Shown here piece by piece: positions 26,619-49,567 of a stretch of 64,000 bases of DNA; positions within the stretch are counted from its first letter, which is position 1, and every line of letters begins with the position of its first letter. Source of the DNA: the human T2T-CHM13v2.0 reference genome, Homo sapiens; NCBI RefSeq assembly GCF_009914755.1, contig NC_060929.1. One strand, 5' to 3'. Under the pieces are notes generated by a model. It made no database searches. It was given only the letters and a program-made list of their open reading frames with translations, and was not told the origin of the DNA. The position numbers and the translations under genes are program-made.

Positions 26619-27416
26619 TCATTACACAAAATTTAAAAGAAAGTTTATACATGTTGAAAGATGCCACAAAGTAACAACAAAATGCAGATTAGGAGAAAAT
26701 ATGTGCAATGTATCACTTACAAGGGGTTAATCAGCACAAAATATAAAATACCCACTTGAAAAAAAAATGTGAGATGCGGTGCCGTTGAAACAATACATAA
26801 ATGAATTAAGGTTAGTCTTAAAAATTTGGATAATTAAGTAGTCTATTGCAATTTCATGGATCTCTTTGCTAGGTTCCAAACACCACAAATCTAATTTTAT
26901 AACTACCATAATGAGCTCCCGTGTGAACCAGAAATAAAAGGACAAATAGACCCATCAGCAAAATCACTGGCACAAATACACCCAAAAAGTGACCCGTAAG
27001 TTCATTTGGATGATCGGGTCCATAGAAGAGCCAGGTGCAGAGCAAATGCTGTGGCACTTAGTATCTTCCAGATCTTTGAGGGGATGAATTATATTTTCCA
27101 TCTGTTTGTGGCTCGGCAGGACTCCATAGCCAAGAAAAAAGAGTTCTATTGTCCTGGTGATGCTTTGAAAAGCATTTTGGAAATGCTGAGGCCTTTCTTG
27201 GAGAAACAAGGCAACAGCATAAGTTTGGGATAGGCCAGGGAAATGGTAATGAGGGTGAATGAGTTGGCCTCAAAAGCCCTGAGAGAATCTGGAGAAGTTT
27301 GTCACAATGAGGGAGTCAAGAAACACAGTCAAACAAAAACGCCTGAAGCAACATCTAGAACATGTCACCAAGCTCTCTGCCATTGAGGGATCCTCTCCAG
27401 GACGTCAATCAACTGG

Positions 27417-28460
27417 GCTGAGACAGCTCCGTTATCTGCAGGACCCAGTTTAAAATGTAAACGTGGGGCCCCTTATTCAAAAAGCACAAAAAAAGTTCCA
27501 CTAAACGTATTAAACTATCAAGCTGTTACCTTTCTCCCACAGTCTCCGCATTGTTTTGTCATGTCTCTTTTATTTGCTATTTAATGTCATTCTAAGTGAA
27601 GAAGAAAATTTTGATTACTTCAAAGAATTTTACCATTCATCTTTGTATTGTGTAATACCACATTTAGATGCTGATATAAGAGCATTTAATTTATATGTAT
27701 AATTACTGAAATTATACAATTTATATTTCATAGTTCATACATGCATGTGTATTTTCCTCTTACCAAATAAGAAGAAATTTTGCACCAAAGCAGTGCAACA
27801 GTTTTTATTTTACTTCTCGATACATGCACATTCTACCAACACTCTCTACCTTTTGCTACAGGCAAGTAAGGAAAGACTGAAAGGAAAAGGAACTATGGGC
27901 TGTCCTATTTTTCCCTTTCCTTCTGTGTCATCATTTTTTATGTAAGTGCTTGGCCAATATAAGAACACAACTTAATTAAGAAAGGGTGTGATAGGCTTCT
28001 TTGGTTATTCAGATATCATGAAAGGCCACTGCTTTCTTTCTGCATTTGAAGCAAGGTTGTGTTCAAAGGAATACACTGGCTCTAAAAGCTGTCAGTGTCC
28101 TGTTCCATCGCCCTCCTCTTACTCAGTCCCATATATAAAATGCTTACCTTTTATTTACTTTAAGTCTCACTGAATTCCCAAGCCTAGTGGTCCACTGAAA
28201 TTCTGTGCATATGGCGCATTGCAAAGGCAATCTGCAAGTGGAGTGTCAATGAAGCACAGTGTACATGTGCCCTGAATGTATCTCCTCTGCTCATGTGCAT
28301 GTTCCATTATCCCATTAAACTCCGCTTAGAAAGCACAAGTCAAAGAAAAAGTTGTTAAGAATGTTCAGATAATAACAGCAGAGTTAAACCAGACTCAGCA
28401 TCTTTCTGAGCGTAGGGCTCTGTGTAACTGCACTGGTCAAATGCTCATCAGGCCCATCTG
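27417..28460 (-). mobile_element. MER45B-like hAT-Tip100 DNA transposon fossil (~1 kb)
   Basis: Both ends resemble the MER45 copy at 22761 (GTGGGGCCCCTTATTCAAAAAG; AACAGCAGAGTTAAACCA...GGGCTCTGTGTAACTGCAC) around a longer interior. Confidence 0.75.
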
Positions 28461-29356
28461 ATTTGCAGGATGAAGTCTGAAGACTGCAGTTTCTCCACAC
28501 CCTACATGTCAAAGTGCCTTGTACCACTTGACATATCAAGTCTGCAGCCCGGGTCCGACAGAGCATGGCTTCTTTGTCACAGCAGCTTTTCCATATCTTA
28601 GAAGGCCTGGAGGAGCAGAGTGGTGACCACCTTCTTGATGTCTGAAATCTCTCACCTCCACTCACCACCAGGCTGGTTCTCAAGCCACACATGAGGATAA
28701 CATTCATTCTTGCCTTAGTTCTGTCTTTAGAGGGGATTCTTGTGCCCACCTTGTTCTGTTCTCAGTAATTAGTCCTTCCTTCTATGCCTAAGACTTCCAT
28801 AAGCAATACAAAGTTTTTAATAAGAAAAAAACAAGAAAGGGAAAAGGAAAGGATAAAAACAGTAATCTCCTGGAAGAAAAATTAATATGGTTAATAAATA
28901 AAAAATAAATAAATGGATGGATAAATAGACGATAAGTGATGTGTATCACCACTGATAAGGTATATATAAATTAAACATCATTTGTCACTGATTTGTTAAA
29001 TGTTAAAAAGATTGACAATAAACCAGCCTTTAAATTAATGCATAATTTATGATATTTGGATTCCTACATTGAAGACATGAATGTTTTTTCCTTTACTATA
29101 AAGACATTCATTTTATTTATTCTTTTATTTTTTTATTTTATTATTATTATTACTATACTTTAAGTTTTAGGGTACATGGGCACAATGCGCACGTTACTTA
29201 CATATGTATACATGTGCCATGCTGGTGTGCTGCACCCATTAACTCATCATTTAGCATTAGGTATATCTCCTAATGCTATCCCTCCCTACTCCCCCCACCC
29301 CACAACAGTCCCCAGAGTGTGATGTTCCCCTTCCTGTGTCCATGTGTTCTCATTGT

Positions 29357-33173
<3,817 letters not shown>

Positions 33174-33236
33174 TATGATGTTAGCTGGTTATTTTGCTCG
33201 TTAGTTGATGCAGTTTCTTCCTAGACTCGATGGTCT

Positions 33237-34250
33237 TTACATTTTGGCATGTTGTTGCAATGGCTGGTACTGGTTGTCCTTTCCAGGTTTAGTGCTTCCT
33301 TCAGGACTCTTTTAGGGCAGGCCTGGTGGTGACAAAATCTCTCAGCATCTGCTTCTCTGTAAAGTATTTTATTTCTCCTTCACTTATGAAGCTTAGTTTG
33401 GCTGGATATGAAATTCTGTGTTGAAAATTCTTTTCTTTAAGAATGTTGAATATTGGCCCCCACTCTCTTCTGGCTTGTAGAGTTTCTGCCGAGAGATCCA
33501 CTGTCAGTCTGATTGGCTTCCCTTTGTGGGTAACCCGACCTTTCTCTCTGGCTGCCCTTAACATTTTTTCTTTCATTTCCACTATGGTGTATCTGACAAT
33601 TATGTGTTTTGGAGTTGCTCTTCTAGAGGAGTATCTTTGTGGCATTCTCTGTATTTCCTGAATCTGAATGTTGGCCTGCCTTGCTAGACTGGGGAAGTTC
33701 TCCTGGATAATATCCTGCAGAGTGTTTTCCAACTTGGTTCCATTCTGCCCGTCACTTTCAGGTACACCAATCAGATGTAGGTTTGGTCTTTCCACATAGT
33801 CCCATATTTCTTGGAGGCTTTGTTTGGTTCTTTTTATTCTTTTTTCTCTAAACTTCCCTTCTTGCTTCATTTCATTCATTTCATCTTCCATCAGTGATAC
33901 CCTTTCTTCCAGTTGATTGCATCGGCTCCTGAGGCTTCTGCATTCCTCACGTAGTTCTCAAGCCTTGGCTTTCAGCTCCATCAGCTCCTTTAAGCACTTC
34001 TCTGTATTGGTTATTCTACTTAGACATTCGTCTAAATTTTTTTCAAAGTTTTCAACTTCTTTGCCTTTGGTTTGAATTTCCTCCTGTAGCTCAGATAGTT
34101 TGATCATCTGAAGCCCTCTTCTCTCTACTCGTCAAAGTCATTCTCCGTCCAGCTTTGTTCTGTTGCTGGTGAGGAACTGCGTTCCTTTGGAGGAGGAGAG
34201 GCGCTCTGCTTTTTAGAGTTTCCAGTTTTTCTGCTCTGTTTTTTCCCCAT
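33237..34250 (-). pseudogene. L1 ORF1, disrupted
   Basis: ATG at 34250; the 196-aa fragment 33301..33891 has RRATPKH, REWG and YPAKLSF; the frame is broken. Confidence 0.93.
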
Positions 34251-34832
34251 CTTTGTGGTTTATCTACTTTTGGTCTTTGATGATGGTGATGTACAGATGG
34301 GTTTTTGGTGTGGATGTCCTTTCTGTTTGTTAGTTTTCCTTCTAACAGACAGGACCCTCAGCTGCAGGTCTGTTGGAGTTTGCTAGAGGTCCACTCCAGA
34401 CTCTCTTTGCCTGGGTATCAGCAGTGGTGTCTGCAGAACCGTGGATTTTCATGAACCACGAATGCTGCTGTCTGATCGTTCCTTTGGAAGTTTTGTCTCA
34501 GAGGAGTACCCGGCCACGTGAGGTGTCAGTCTGCCCCTACTGGGGGGTGCCTCCCTGTTAGGCTGCTCAGGGGTCAGGGGTCAGGGACCCACTTGAGGAG
34601 GCAGTCTACCCGTTCTCAGATCTCCAGCTGCGTGCTGGGAGAACCACTGCTCTCTTCAAAGCTGTCAGACAGGGACATTTCAGTCTGCAGAGGTTACTGC
34701 TTTCTTTTTGTTTTTCTGTGCCCTGCCCCCAGAGGTGGAGCCTACAGAGGCAGGAAGGCCTCCTTGAGCTGTGGTGGGTTCCACCCAGTTTGAGCTTCCT
34801 GGCTGCTTTGTTTACCTGAGTGAGCCTGGGCA

Positions 34833-35087
34833 ATGGCGTATGCCCCTCCCCCCGCCTCGCTGCTACCTTGCAGTTTGATCTCAGACTGCTGTGCTAGCAA
34901 TCAGCAAGACTCCGTGGGTGTAGGACCCTTCGAGCCAGGTGTGGGATATAATTTCCTGGTGCGCCATTTCCTAAGCCCATCAGAAAAGCGCTGTATTTGG
35001 GCGGGAGTGACCCGATTTTCCAGGTGCCGTCTGTCACCCCTTTCCTTGACCAGGAAAGGGAACTCCCTGACCCCTTGCACTTCCTGA
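34833..35087 (+). CDS. L1 antisense ORF0 homologue, open (84 aa)
   Basis: MAYAPPPASLLPCSLISDCCASNQQDSVGVGPFEPGVGYNFLVRHFLSPSEKR aligns with primate L1 ORF0 (MAGAPPPASLPPCSLISDCCASNQRDSVGVGPSEPG). Start context GCAATGG. Expression is not shown. Confidence 0.7.
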   Translation: MAYAPPPASLLPCSLISDCCASNQQDSVGVGPFEPGVGYNFLVRHFLSPSEKRCIWAGVTRFSRCRLSPLSLTRKGNSLTPCTS

Positions 35088-36165
35088 GTGAGGCAATGCC
35101 TTGCCCTGCTTCGGCTCATGCATGGTGCACTGCACCCACTGTCCTGCGCCCACTGTCTGGCACTCCCTAGTGAGATGAACCTGGTACCTCAGATGGAAAT
35201 GCAGAAATCACCCATCTTCTGCGTCACTCACACTGGGAGCTGTAGACTGGAACTGTTCCTATTTGGCCATCTTGGCTCCTCCAAGACATTCATTTTAGAA
35301 TAACAAACTTTAAACCAAAAGTCCAAGCTTTTTAGTTAGAGCCTGGAAATTTAATTCAGGGAACATTCCCGTAGTCAAATTAAAATACATCTTATCACCC
35401 CCCCCCCCACAAAAAAAAAGAATGCAAATTCAATCCCCTGGCATGTTTCCACACTCTCACACAATGACATGCTGTTGAAGCATTCACAGCTGATGCTTTG
35501 CAAAATTAAAATTGTGTATTTCATGAGTGAAATTCTTTTGCTTTGTTGCTTTCAATTTTGTTTTGTTTTTGTTCTTAAGCATAAGCATGACTGGAAAACA
35601 CCAGTTACCATCTCAAGGAGTTTTCCAGGTACAGAAGTAGCAAAAGGGGATCAACCGTTGAAGTCAAGTTGATATTTATTGGCTATAATTTTTTAAAAGA
35701 CATATCTTACCACATTGAAGGCATGTTTTACTATAGCAAAAGCACTATCTAAAAAATATATGACAAACTAACAAAAAATAACAAAAGTCCAAAAGTTTGC
35801 TGAGTAGAACCAAGACATCATATGAAAGAATTTTAAAAATTGGGATCTTGGAGAAAATGGCAGACAATACTAATAAACCAAACTCATCTGCTCCATTAAG
35901 CATTAGCCATAATGATTTTTTTAATGAATAAAATCCTATACATTTGTTTTTGACAAACCCTTTACAATTTAGATTGATGTAACATGATGAGAACACTTTT
36001 TTCCAACTTATTAGGATGTATTTTTTCTGTATTTTTTAAAGGAAACCATTCTGATATAACCTTTAATTTTACTATCCACCAATTTTCAGAGACCTGATTT
36101 TAGGAATAAATGTATCTGACATTGGCAATAGTTTAGAGAAAGGAATGCCTTCACATTTCATATTC

Positions 36166-36292
36166 TTTTTTTTTTCAAGTTTCACCATGTTGGCCAGGAG
36201 GCTGGTTTCGAATTCCTGACCTCAAGTGATCCACCCACTTAGGCCTTCCAAAATGCTGGGATTACAGGTGTAAACCACCACCACACCTGGCC
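36166..36292 (-). mobile_element. Alu left-arm fragment with A-tail
   Basis: Poly-T joins GTTTCACCATGTTGGCCAGG...CCTGGCC. Imperfect flanking repeat AGGAATGC..TTCATATTCT. Confidence 0.88.
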
Positions 36293-36437
36293 AGGAATGC
36301 ATTCATATTCTGTTAGAGTAAGTTCACATTGTTTCCACTTTTGTTAGAGGGCAAAATGGAAAAAACTATCAAAATATAAAATATGCAAAATCTCTGACCC
36401 AGCAATCCACATCTATTGTTTAAAAATTGTTACAGTA

Positions 36438-36800
36438 TATATTCATCCATTTTCATGCTGCTGATGAACACATAGCCGAGACTGGGAAGAACAAGAGGTT
36501 TAATGGACTTAACAGTTCTACATGAGTGGGAAGGTCTCACAATCATGGCAGAAGGCAAGAAAGGGCAAGTCAACATCTTACATGGATGGAGGCAGGCAAA
36601 GAGAGAGCTTGTGCAGAGAAACTCCTATTTTTAAAACCATCAGATCTTGTGAGACTCATTCACTATCACGAGAACAGTTCAGGAAAGACCCACCCCCATA
36701 ATTCAATCACCTACCACCAGGTTCCTCCCATGACACATGGGAATTGTAGAAGTTATGATTCAAGATGGGATTTGGGTGGGGACACAGCCAAACCGTGTCA
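36438..36800 (-). mobile_element. THE1A/B-like solo LTR
   Basis: Reverse complement of a THE1 LTR ending GGGGACACAGCCAAACCGTGTCA. TSD CAGTA/CACTA (4 of 5 match). Confidence 0.92.
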
Positions 36801-36884
36801 CACTAGTTTACAAAGGTTTACACAATGTTCATTGCAGTATCACATAACAGTTGACATCACAAACTCTGATGCCTGATTATCTTT

Positions 36885-37072
36885 GCATAATTCCAGTACC
36901 AGTTTAATAATTCTGTAATTTAGGACACATTATTTAAACTCTGTTCTTCAGTTTCCTCATTGGGAACATATGGAAATAGCAACCATTCCTAACTCATGAA
37001 CATATTGAGATTAGATGAGGTTAGACTATTAGAGCTGTGCCTGATCCATAGTAAGTTCTTAGTAAATATCAT
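36885..37072 (+). mobile_element. MIR SINE
   Basis: Core TTTAAACTCTGTTCTTCAGTTTCCTCAT and 3' end GTGCCTGATCCATAGTAAG. Confidence 0.7.
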
Positions 37073-38087
37073 CTGGCTTGTTTTTAGAGAATTAGTTACA
37101 TGAATGACTGTATTATAACTACAGAATTCTAGGCAGTCTTTAAAAAGATGAGTCCATTGCTATGTATGCTATAAAAGAATATCCATTATAACTTGTCAAA
37201 TAAAGAAAAAATATGACATGCATATGAGTATTTTGCATATAAATTGTGTGTGTGTGTGTCTAGAAAAATTTCTAAGTATCTAAAACCATACCTATCAGTG
37301 CCACTTCCACAGTTGCACTGGGAATAGAGATACAGTAGGAAAGGCTGCCAATTTTATTATAAAGTACTGTATGGTTTGAATTTTTATAAAATTTAAATAA
37401 AGCCAATAAAATAAGATAAAAAATATTTTCCAGCATACCCTGACCAATCCTGTCTGTCTTATCCTATGTAATACTAAAGCCTATCTGATAGTCATTTGAA
37501 ATCTCTTTCATTACCTCTCTTTCTTGACTCATGCTATAGATGCAGGCATCAGCACTTTCAAATAATGTAAAATGGTACATCGTATTATTACACAACTATT
37601 GTTCTTGTCCCCACTTCTTGGTCTGAAATATTCCACTTAAATGATACTATGATGTATATGTTACTCTTAGTTTCAGCTGAGTATAAATAAATAAAATGTT
37701 ATACCTATTCCAGCCCAACCACCATAAACATTTCATGAAAAAACAAACAAACAAAAACTAACCAAATGGTCAGCCAAGAAACATGGATTTAATTCTGGTC
37801 CTGTAAATAGAAAAAAGCAATGCTTTCCATCCTGACATAGCCAAGACACATGACACACAATGGAGGCTATGGTGAAGAAAAATTGCAATTACAGATTTAA
37901 GTTCATTCTCTCTCTCATGACACTTTGTTTATGATTATTGCTACATATTGTAAAAGTGCAAGTACTGGTGTAAGAAAATAACAATGACTACCTTTCAAAT
38001 GTGCATACTACCTTTTAGATGATTGAAAAACTAAGGTAAAAAACAGATATCGTATCTTCAGATGAAAATATTGACAGATTACATTTA

Positions 38088-38225
38088 TTTATTCAGTCAT
38101 TTACTCAGCAAGTACTTATTGGGCACCAACGATATTCCAGGTACCATTCTAAGTTCAGGGGACAAAGTAATGCACTGAAGAAAGGTCCTACCCTGATGGA
38201 AGGGAGAGAGTGACAACAAATGGAA
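38088..38225 (-). mobile_element. LINE-2 3' end
   Basis: ATTCAGTCATTTACTCAGCAAGTACTTATTGGGCACC...CCAGGTACCATTCTAAG. Confidence 0.7.
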
Positions 38226-38261
38226 ATATAATGTCTCTCAAACTAATAAAAACCCATACCC

Positions 38262-38450
38262 ACATTTAATCTTCACAAGCTCATAAGTTTGGTGCTCTCA
38301 TCATTGTCATTTTTCTGATTTTACAAGTGGAGAAAAGAAGGAATAGAAAGACTGTCACTTACTGGAGGGCATATAAGCAGTAATATAAATAGTTTGTGAT
38401 AGAAGTAATATTCAAACCCCAGAATTTGATGCCAGATCCTGAGGTCTTGA
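38262..38450 (-). mobile_element. MIR SINE
   Basis: ATTTAATCTTCACAA...ATTTTACAAGTGGAGAAA...ATTCAAACCCCAG. Confidence 0.6.
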
Positions 38451-39254
38451 TATTCCTGTTCAAAATCACATCACAAGATTGTTCAGAGGATTAAATGAGA
38501 TAACTTATATTGAACCATTTTTTAAATTGCATTTTAAAAAAATATTGACATCATCATCACCATCAGCTATGGTATTTTTGTCTGGGCAAATTGCAAACTC
38601 CAAGGTTAGCATTGGAAAACAGCATCGGATGTGCTAAATTTTTCTCAGGAATTTAGTGAAAGTCCTTTGGTATAAAACAGCCAAGAAAGCCTGTGTATGA
38701 TTCCAAGGTCCAAAAAATTCACTACATCATACAGAGGAGGTACAAAGAGGCATAAGTGTTCAGGGGCTGCAATGAGGCCCAAAAACTTAGCATGAAGATT
38801 ATTTGAGAACACAGCAAGAATAATTTCACCTGATGCCATACCTCATAGAAAGCTGCTTTTTAAACTATTAATATAATAACAGCAAAACTAAATCTCTTAA
38901 TACTTCTATAAAGATATGACCAAGAGAAATCTCTCTAAAAGAAATAACTAGAAACTGAACTATAATCTAGCTATAAAATCACACCTCCCACATACAAATT
39001 ATTTATTTCTCAGATACTGCAGCTTCTCTCACCATTGAGTCAAAGTGTAAATATCAATGAAGTATGGCCTTAACATTCAACATACATGTATTGTGAATCC
39101 TGAAGGAGAATTATTATGAAAGATGGTAATTATCAAATTGATAATGGAAGATGGAAAAGATGCTAAACTGGGCCAACTGAGTTAATAGTTAAAAGGTTAT
39201 TTTTATACAGTAATGATATATTTACCACAGGAAAAACAAACAGTCAATGATAAT

Positions 39255-39905
39255 TGTCTTAGTGAGGGTTTTATCAGAGAAGCAGATCCACTATAAGTGA
39301 TATAGAGTAAGGGATTTATTTCAAATTTAGAACTTATGCAACTCTGGCAGTGGTCAGACTGCCTATATAAGGCCTTACTTGGCCTGAAATGAGCAGAGTT
39401 AGTGGTTGAAAACAACATTTCCTCCAGGAATCTCTTTCTGAGGTCCAGAATACATTAGGTCTCTATAAAATTAGGACTGTGTTTGTCTGCTGGTAAGAGA
39501 AAATGGAAATTATAATGGCTTTAAAAATTCAGGTTACTTCTCTTACATAAAGAGGTTCAGAGGTAGGAAGACCAACTTCTCATTGTCAATAGGATCCAAA
39601 ATCCTCTTTCTACACCATCCTGGCACATAATTTTCATACTCAGATTTACCTCAGGTCACAATGTGGCTGCTAGAGATCTTGGCATCATGGTCATGCTAGA
39701 GGTCACAAAAAATAGGATAGTTAGAGGAGAAAAATGGTGGTGGTGGTAGTAGGCTGTGATCTCTAATTTGTGTCAGGTCTCATTAATCAGTTTTCATGGA
39801 TGTCCCACACATCACATCTTCTTGCATCTCATATATCAGAATATCATCATCTAGCTGCAAGGGAAGAAGGTAAATTTAGTCCTTATTCCATGTAGCAATG
39901 TGCCC
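39255..39905 (-). mobile_element. Old MLT2/MLT1 LTR fragments
   Basis: GTCTTAGTGAGGGTTTTATCAGAGAAGCAGA (MLT2-like) and CTAGCTGCAAGGGAAG...AAATTTAGT (old MLT1-like). Confidence 0.45.

Positions 39906-39947
<42 letters not shown>
39906..39947. repeat. (AAT)14 microsatellite
   Basis: Perfect trinucleotide run read directly from the sequence. Confidence 0.97.
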
Positions 39948-39949
<2 letters not shown>

Positions 39950-40017
39950 TTTAAGAATCATTATTACAGATTCAAGTAATAAGGATGAAAATGTGAACAT
40001 TTTAAATATTAAATTAA

Positions 40018-45884
<5,867 letters not shown>

Positions 45885-47198
45885 TTAAATTAACTACTAA
45901 AGACTTACTTTGTATTTTTTATATAAAAATACATCCAAATGCAAATTCTATTTTTTTTCTTGCCCTGTAGACAACATTCTGGAACATCCCCTGAAATACA
46001 TACAAATCACTTTGGAAGCCACTGATTTAGAGAATGGAATAACGTTATTTGAAAGTGACAAATGATGACTAATAGTTCACATGTGTTGATTCCCAAGAGA
46101 TGCATTCTTTCATCCAGCATTTATTAATATAGATTATTTGGAACATTAATATTTAAAAGATTATAATGCATAAGTAATAAACATGCATTGAATTTCTATA
46201 TTTATTAGATATTATTCAAAAGATTTCAAAGAAAGATATTAAAGTTACTCATGTATAGAGTTAAATATGTCGCTGGACGATTCATATCATATATTTGAGA
46301 GTGAGCACTAAAACACAGAGACATTTTGGGTATACACACTGGCACACATACACAAACATATGCATACATACATCCATTTACTTATTCAACTTTTTCTCTA
46401 AAACTGAAAATGAATACTTTTGGAAGGCTAATTTAAATTTTTCTCAGGTTGGCAGAACTAAAATTTGTCTTTTGCTTATGATTACTATATATGCTATCTA
46501 TAAGTTTTTTGCAGAATCTTTATTTTTAGTAAATAAAACATTTCTTTAAAGAATGTTTTAATTTCAGTAAGAATGAAACAATAAAACTTTAGAAAACGTA
46601 AAAAATGTGATATTAAAAGTTAAACATTTTTACTTTAAAGTATTACCAGAAGTAGCTCCATAAATATATAGCAAAAAAATTCTTAATTAGCCCTTATCTC
46701 ATCTTAGAAGCTAAAGTATTTTGCAACTTCTAGAGTAATTTCAAATAACTGATTTTACCCATTGAAGGCCTTACACTACTTATGTTTCCTATTTCAACAG
46801 TCATTTATCTTTGAAGTGGCATAGTTTGAAATGAGATATTACTCCTTGAGGAAATTCTAGACTTCTGCCTTTCAGTTTCACTTCTCTAAATAACTCAAGT
46901 TTGTAGATGGGAAGATAGGCAACATCTTTTATATACAAAGGAAGAGAAAGAGAAAAGCAGAAGAGAAGATGGACTCTTGATAATCTGTTACTAAATAAGC
47001 TCTTTAGTTGAATTTGCTTTATTCCATAATTTACACTATTCTTTTCACTTTCTACACAATTTCATGAGCATTAGTACCTGACTGGATTAGCCTCTCTGCA
47101 CTCACAATTATTGTTTACTTGAAAGAAACAGCCACGTTTTTCTCTGTAGTTTAAATTTCCCAAGGTTGCAAATACAGCCTGGCTCTTACACTGTGGAA

Positions 47199-47260
47199 GT
47201 GTGTGTGTGTGTGTGTGTGTGTGCGCTCAAGCGTGTGTGTGTGCTCAAGCATGTGTGTGT
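47199..47260. repeat. (GT)12 microsatellite with interrupted extension
   Basis: GT run at 47199-47222 followed by two GCTCAAGC-(GT)n units. Confidence 0.93.
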
Positions 47261-49567
47261 CATATATGCAATTACTGATTATTCCCTATTAGGTAGGCTC
47301 TGCACTTTATATATCTAATACTAAATTTAAGGGAAGTAAATGCAAAACTATTTTATCAAAATTACAATATTTAACTTTCAATATTACATATATCCATCAA
47401 ATAGCTATACTGCTACATTCTGCATTGTATATAAATGTATTTGGAATACAAAATGGTATTTTCCCTATATTCCCATCTAATGGGGAATTTCATCAGCATT
47501 ATATTAAAATAATCACATACTACTGCACATCAGGTTTTAGGATTATTTGTAGTTATCTATTTTCTACCTTTTACTGGACTAAATTATAATTGGTCTCTAA
47601 AATGCTTTATTGTACTTTGTCTAGAGTATTTTCCTCAATCCCATTTTGTCTGCAGAAAAGAGTATTCAGAAAATTTCAAAGAACAGAACAGTAATGCCCT
47701 CATGGCCTGGAAAGCACATGAGATTGCCCTAAAATACATAAATTCATTTCAAGTCCTACACAAATGCACATACATATGTATATATATGTTCATATACATA
47801 TAATTTCAAATTCATGTATATGACAAAATTTTCAGTTTAATTAATATGTATACACAAAAAATGAAATTAGAAATATTAGAAATATTTGACTAAAAGTCCA
47901 GATTCCTCACAAAATAACACAATTCAGTGTGTATCACACTTTAAAATATGAAACTATGTATACAACTTCAAAATTATTAGAACCTTTCTGCATATGAATC
48001 CAGTAGTGGTACTAAAATAGCAACATAATCCTTTCAAATAACAGTGGCTGTTCCATCTGAACTCTAACCTTCTCAGGCTAAGATCAAAACCTGAGCTTAA
48101 TTCAACCCCTTTCTTAAATCAAACTATGTGCCTAAATAAGGCAAAGCAAAAATACACAGTAGTTCGAAAACTACATATTAGTGAAGCACTCATATTGGTT
48201 GATTTTTAAAGATATTTTACTAGAAAATAATGTTAAACCACTGAAAATAAAGGCATCTCAAAATGTAACCACTGGAGCTAGGTATAATTTTAACATTATA
48301 ACCAACCGTAGTAATTTGGTTTAAAAATCAGGACTCAAGAGTATGTCATGTTCTTCTTAAACACTTCTACGTTGTATTCAAGTCAGTATTGACTTTGAAA
48401 ACTTTTGTGACTTCAGATTTTGTATAGTTGTTTTTCTTAGGCTTTTCCTATCTTCTACATTTTGTTATGGAATAATTCAGAGCAATAGTCCAGGTTATTC
48501 TTGATGTGAGAAATAGTGACAAATAGCACATAGTCTGAAAGATGACAGTATCTGTGAAGATAAGCAGCCAGCAGCATTTTATCTTGGTGGTGGAACAGAG
48601 TCGAGGGTGTGAGAATATGGAAATTAGCTTCCAATTTTGAGCCATCTCTATTCCATTTGAAGAGATCCTTCTCCTCATTACTACCCCATACCTACCCAGT
48701 TTTCACAATATTCTTTTTTTTTAAGAGCAACCCTTGTTGATACATTTCTCTCATGTATACTATTGTATTTATAAGCTTATGATCTGATTAACACAGAAAA
48801 TAAATAGATCAACAGCAATATAATTGATAAATTGATAAACTCTTGGTGCCTCCACATTGTTTTAATTGCAGACAAAGATATTAAGAAACTATAAAATTAT
48901 AACATCAACATCTTTTCAAAAACAGCAGCCTGCTGAACACCCATCAAGTCAGAATATTTACTGGTATTTGATTTACAGGTGAAACAGAGGACAGTAGTAA
49001 AATGTGATCCAGACCAGGACAAGTGTTTGCTGGCGCAATCCCAACTATAGGTGTCACTAATATTCAAATAGTAGATTAGTAGCTTATACCAGACTCACAG
49101 TTAGTATTTTTTATAGTTTTGGGCATGTTCATTTGACCATCAATTCATTACCATGTCCTCTAGTTGACAGTTCTCCAACCTGTTGCCTATCAAAATCAAT
49201 TTTTGAAATGTCTTAAAAGCACAGGTGTAAGTACAGTCTAATTCGGATCTACTTAATCAGAATCTTTGGGAAGAAAATGTAAAATTTTTCCCTCCTTCCT
49301 TCCCTTCATCCCTTTTTCCCACCATCTCCTTTCCCCCCTTTTTCTCTCTCCCTCCAGGCATATTATAGGACAAAAAAAATTAATACAAGATGAAAGAGAG
49401 AAATAAAGAAATAATGAAAATAAATCAGTATGAAAAATCTTCACTTAATAGAACACAAGTAAATATTCACATACTTTTTTGATTGAAAAATATGACTTAT
49501 CCAGTTCAAATAAAAGTTGTACCAAACTGTTCAAAACCAGATATAATACCAGAGAAGATAACTCCAT

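Noticed and set aside
26869-27057. 62-aa minus-strand ORF with a hydrophobic stretch
   Set aside because: It is short, I recognise no homologue, there is no supporting gene structure, and T-rich DNA readily encodes hydrophobic runs.
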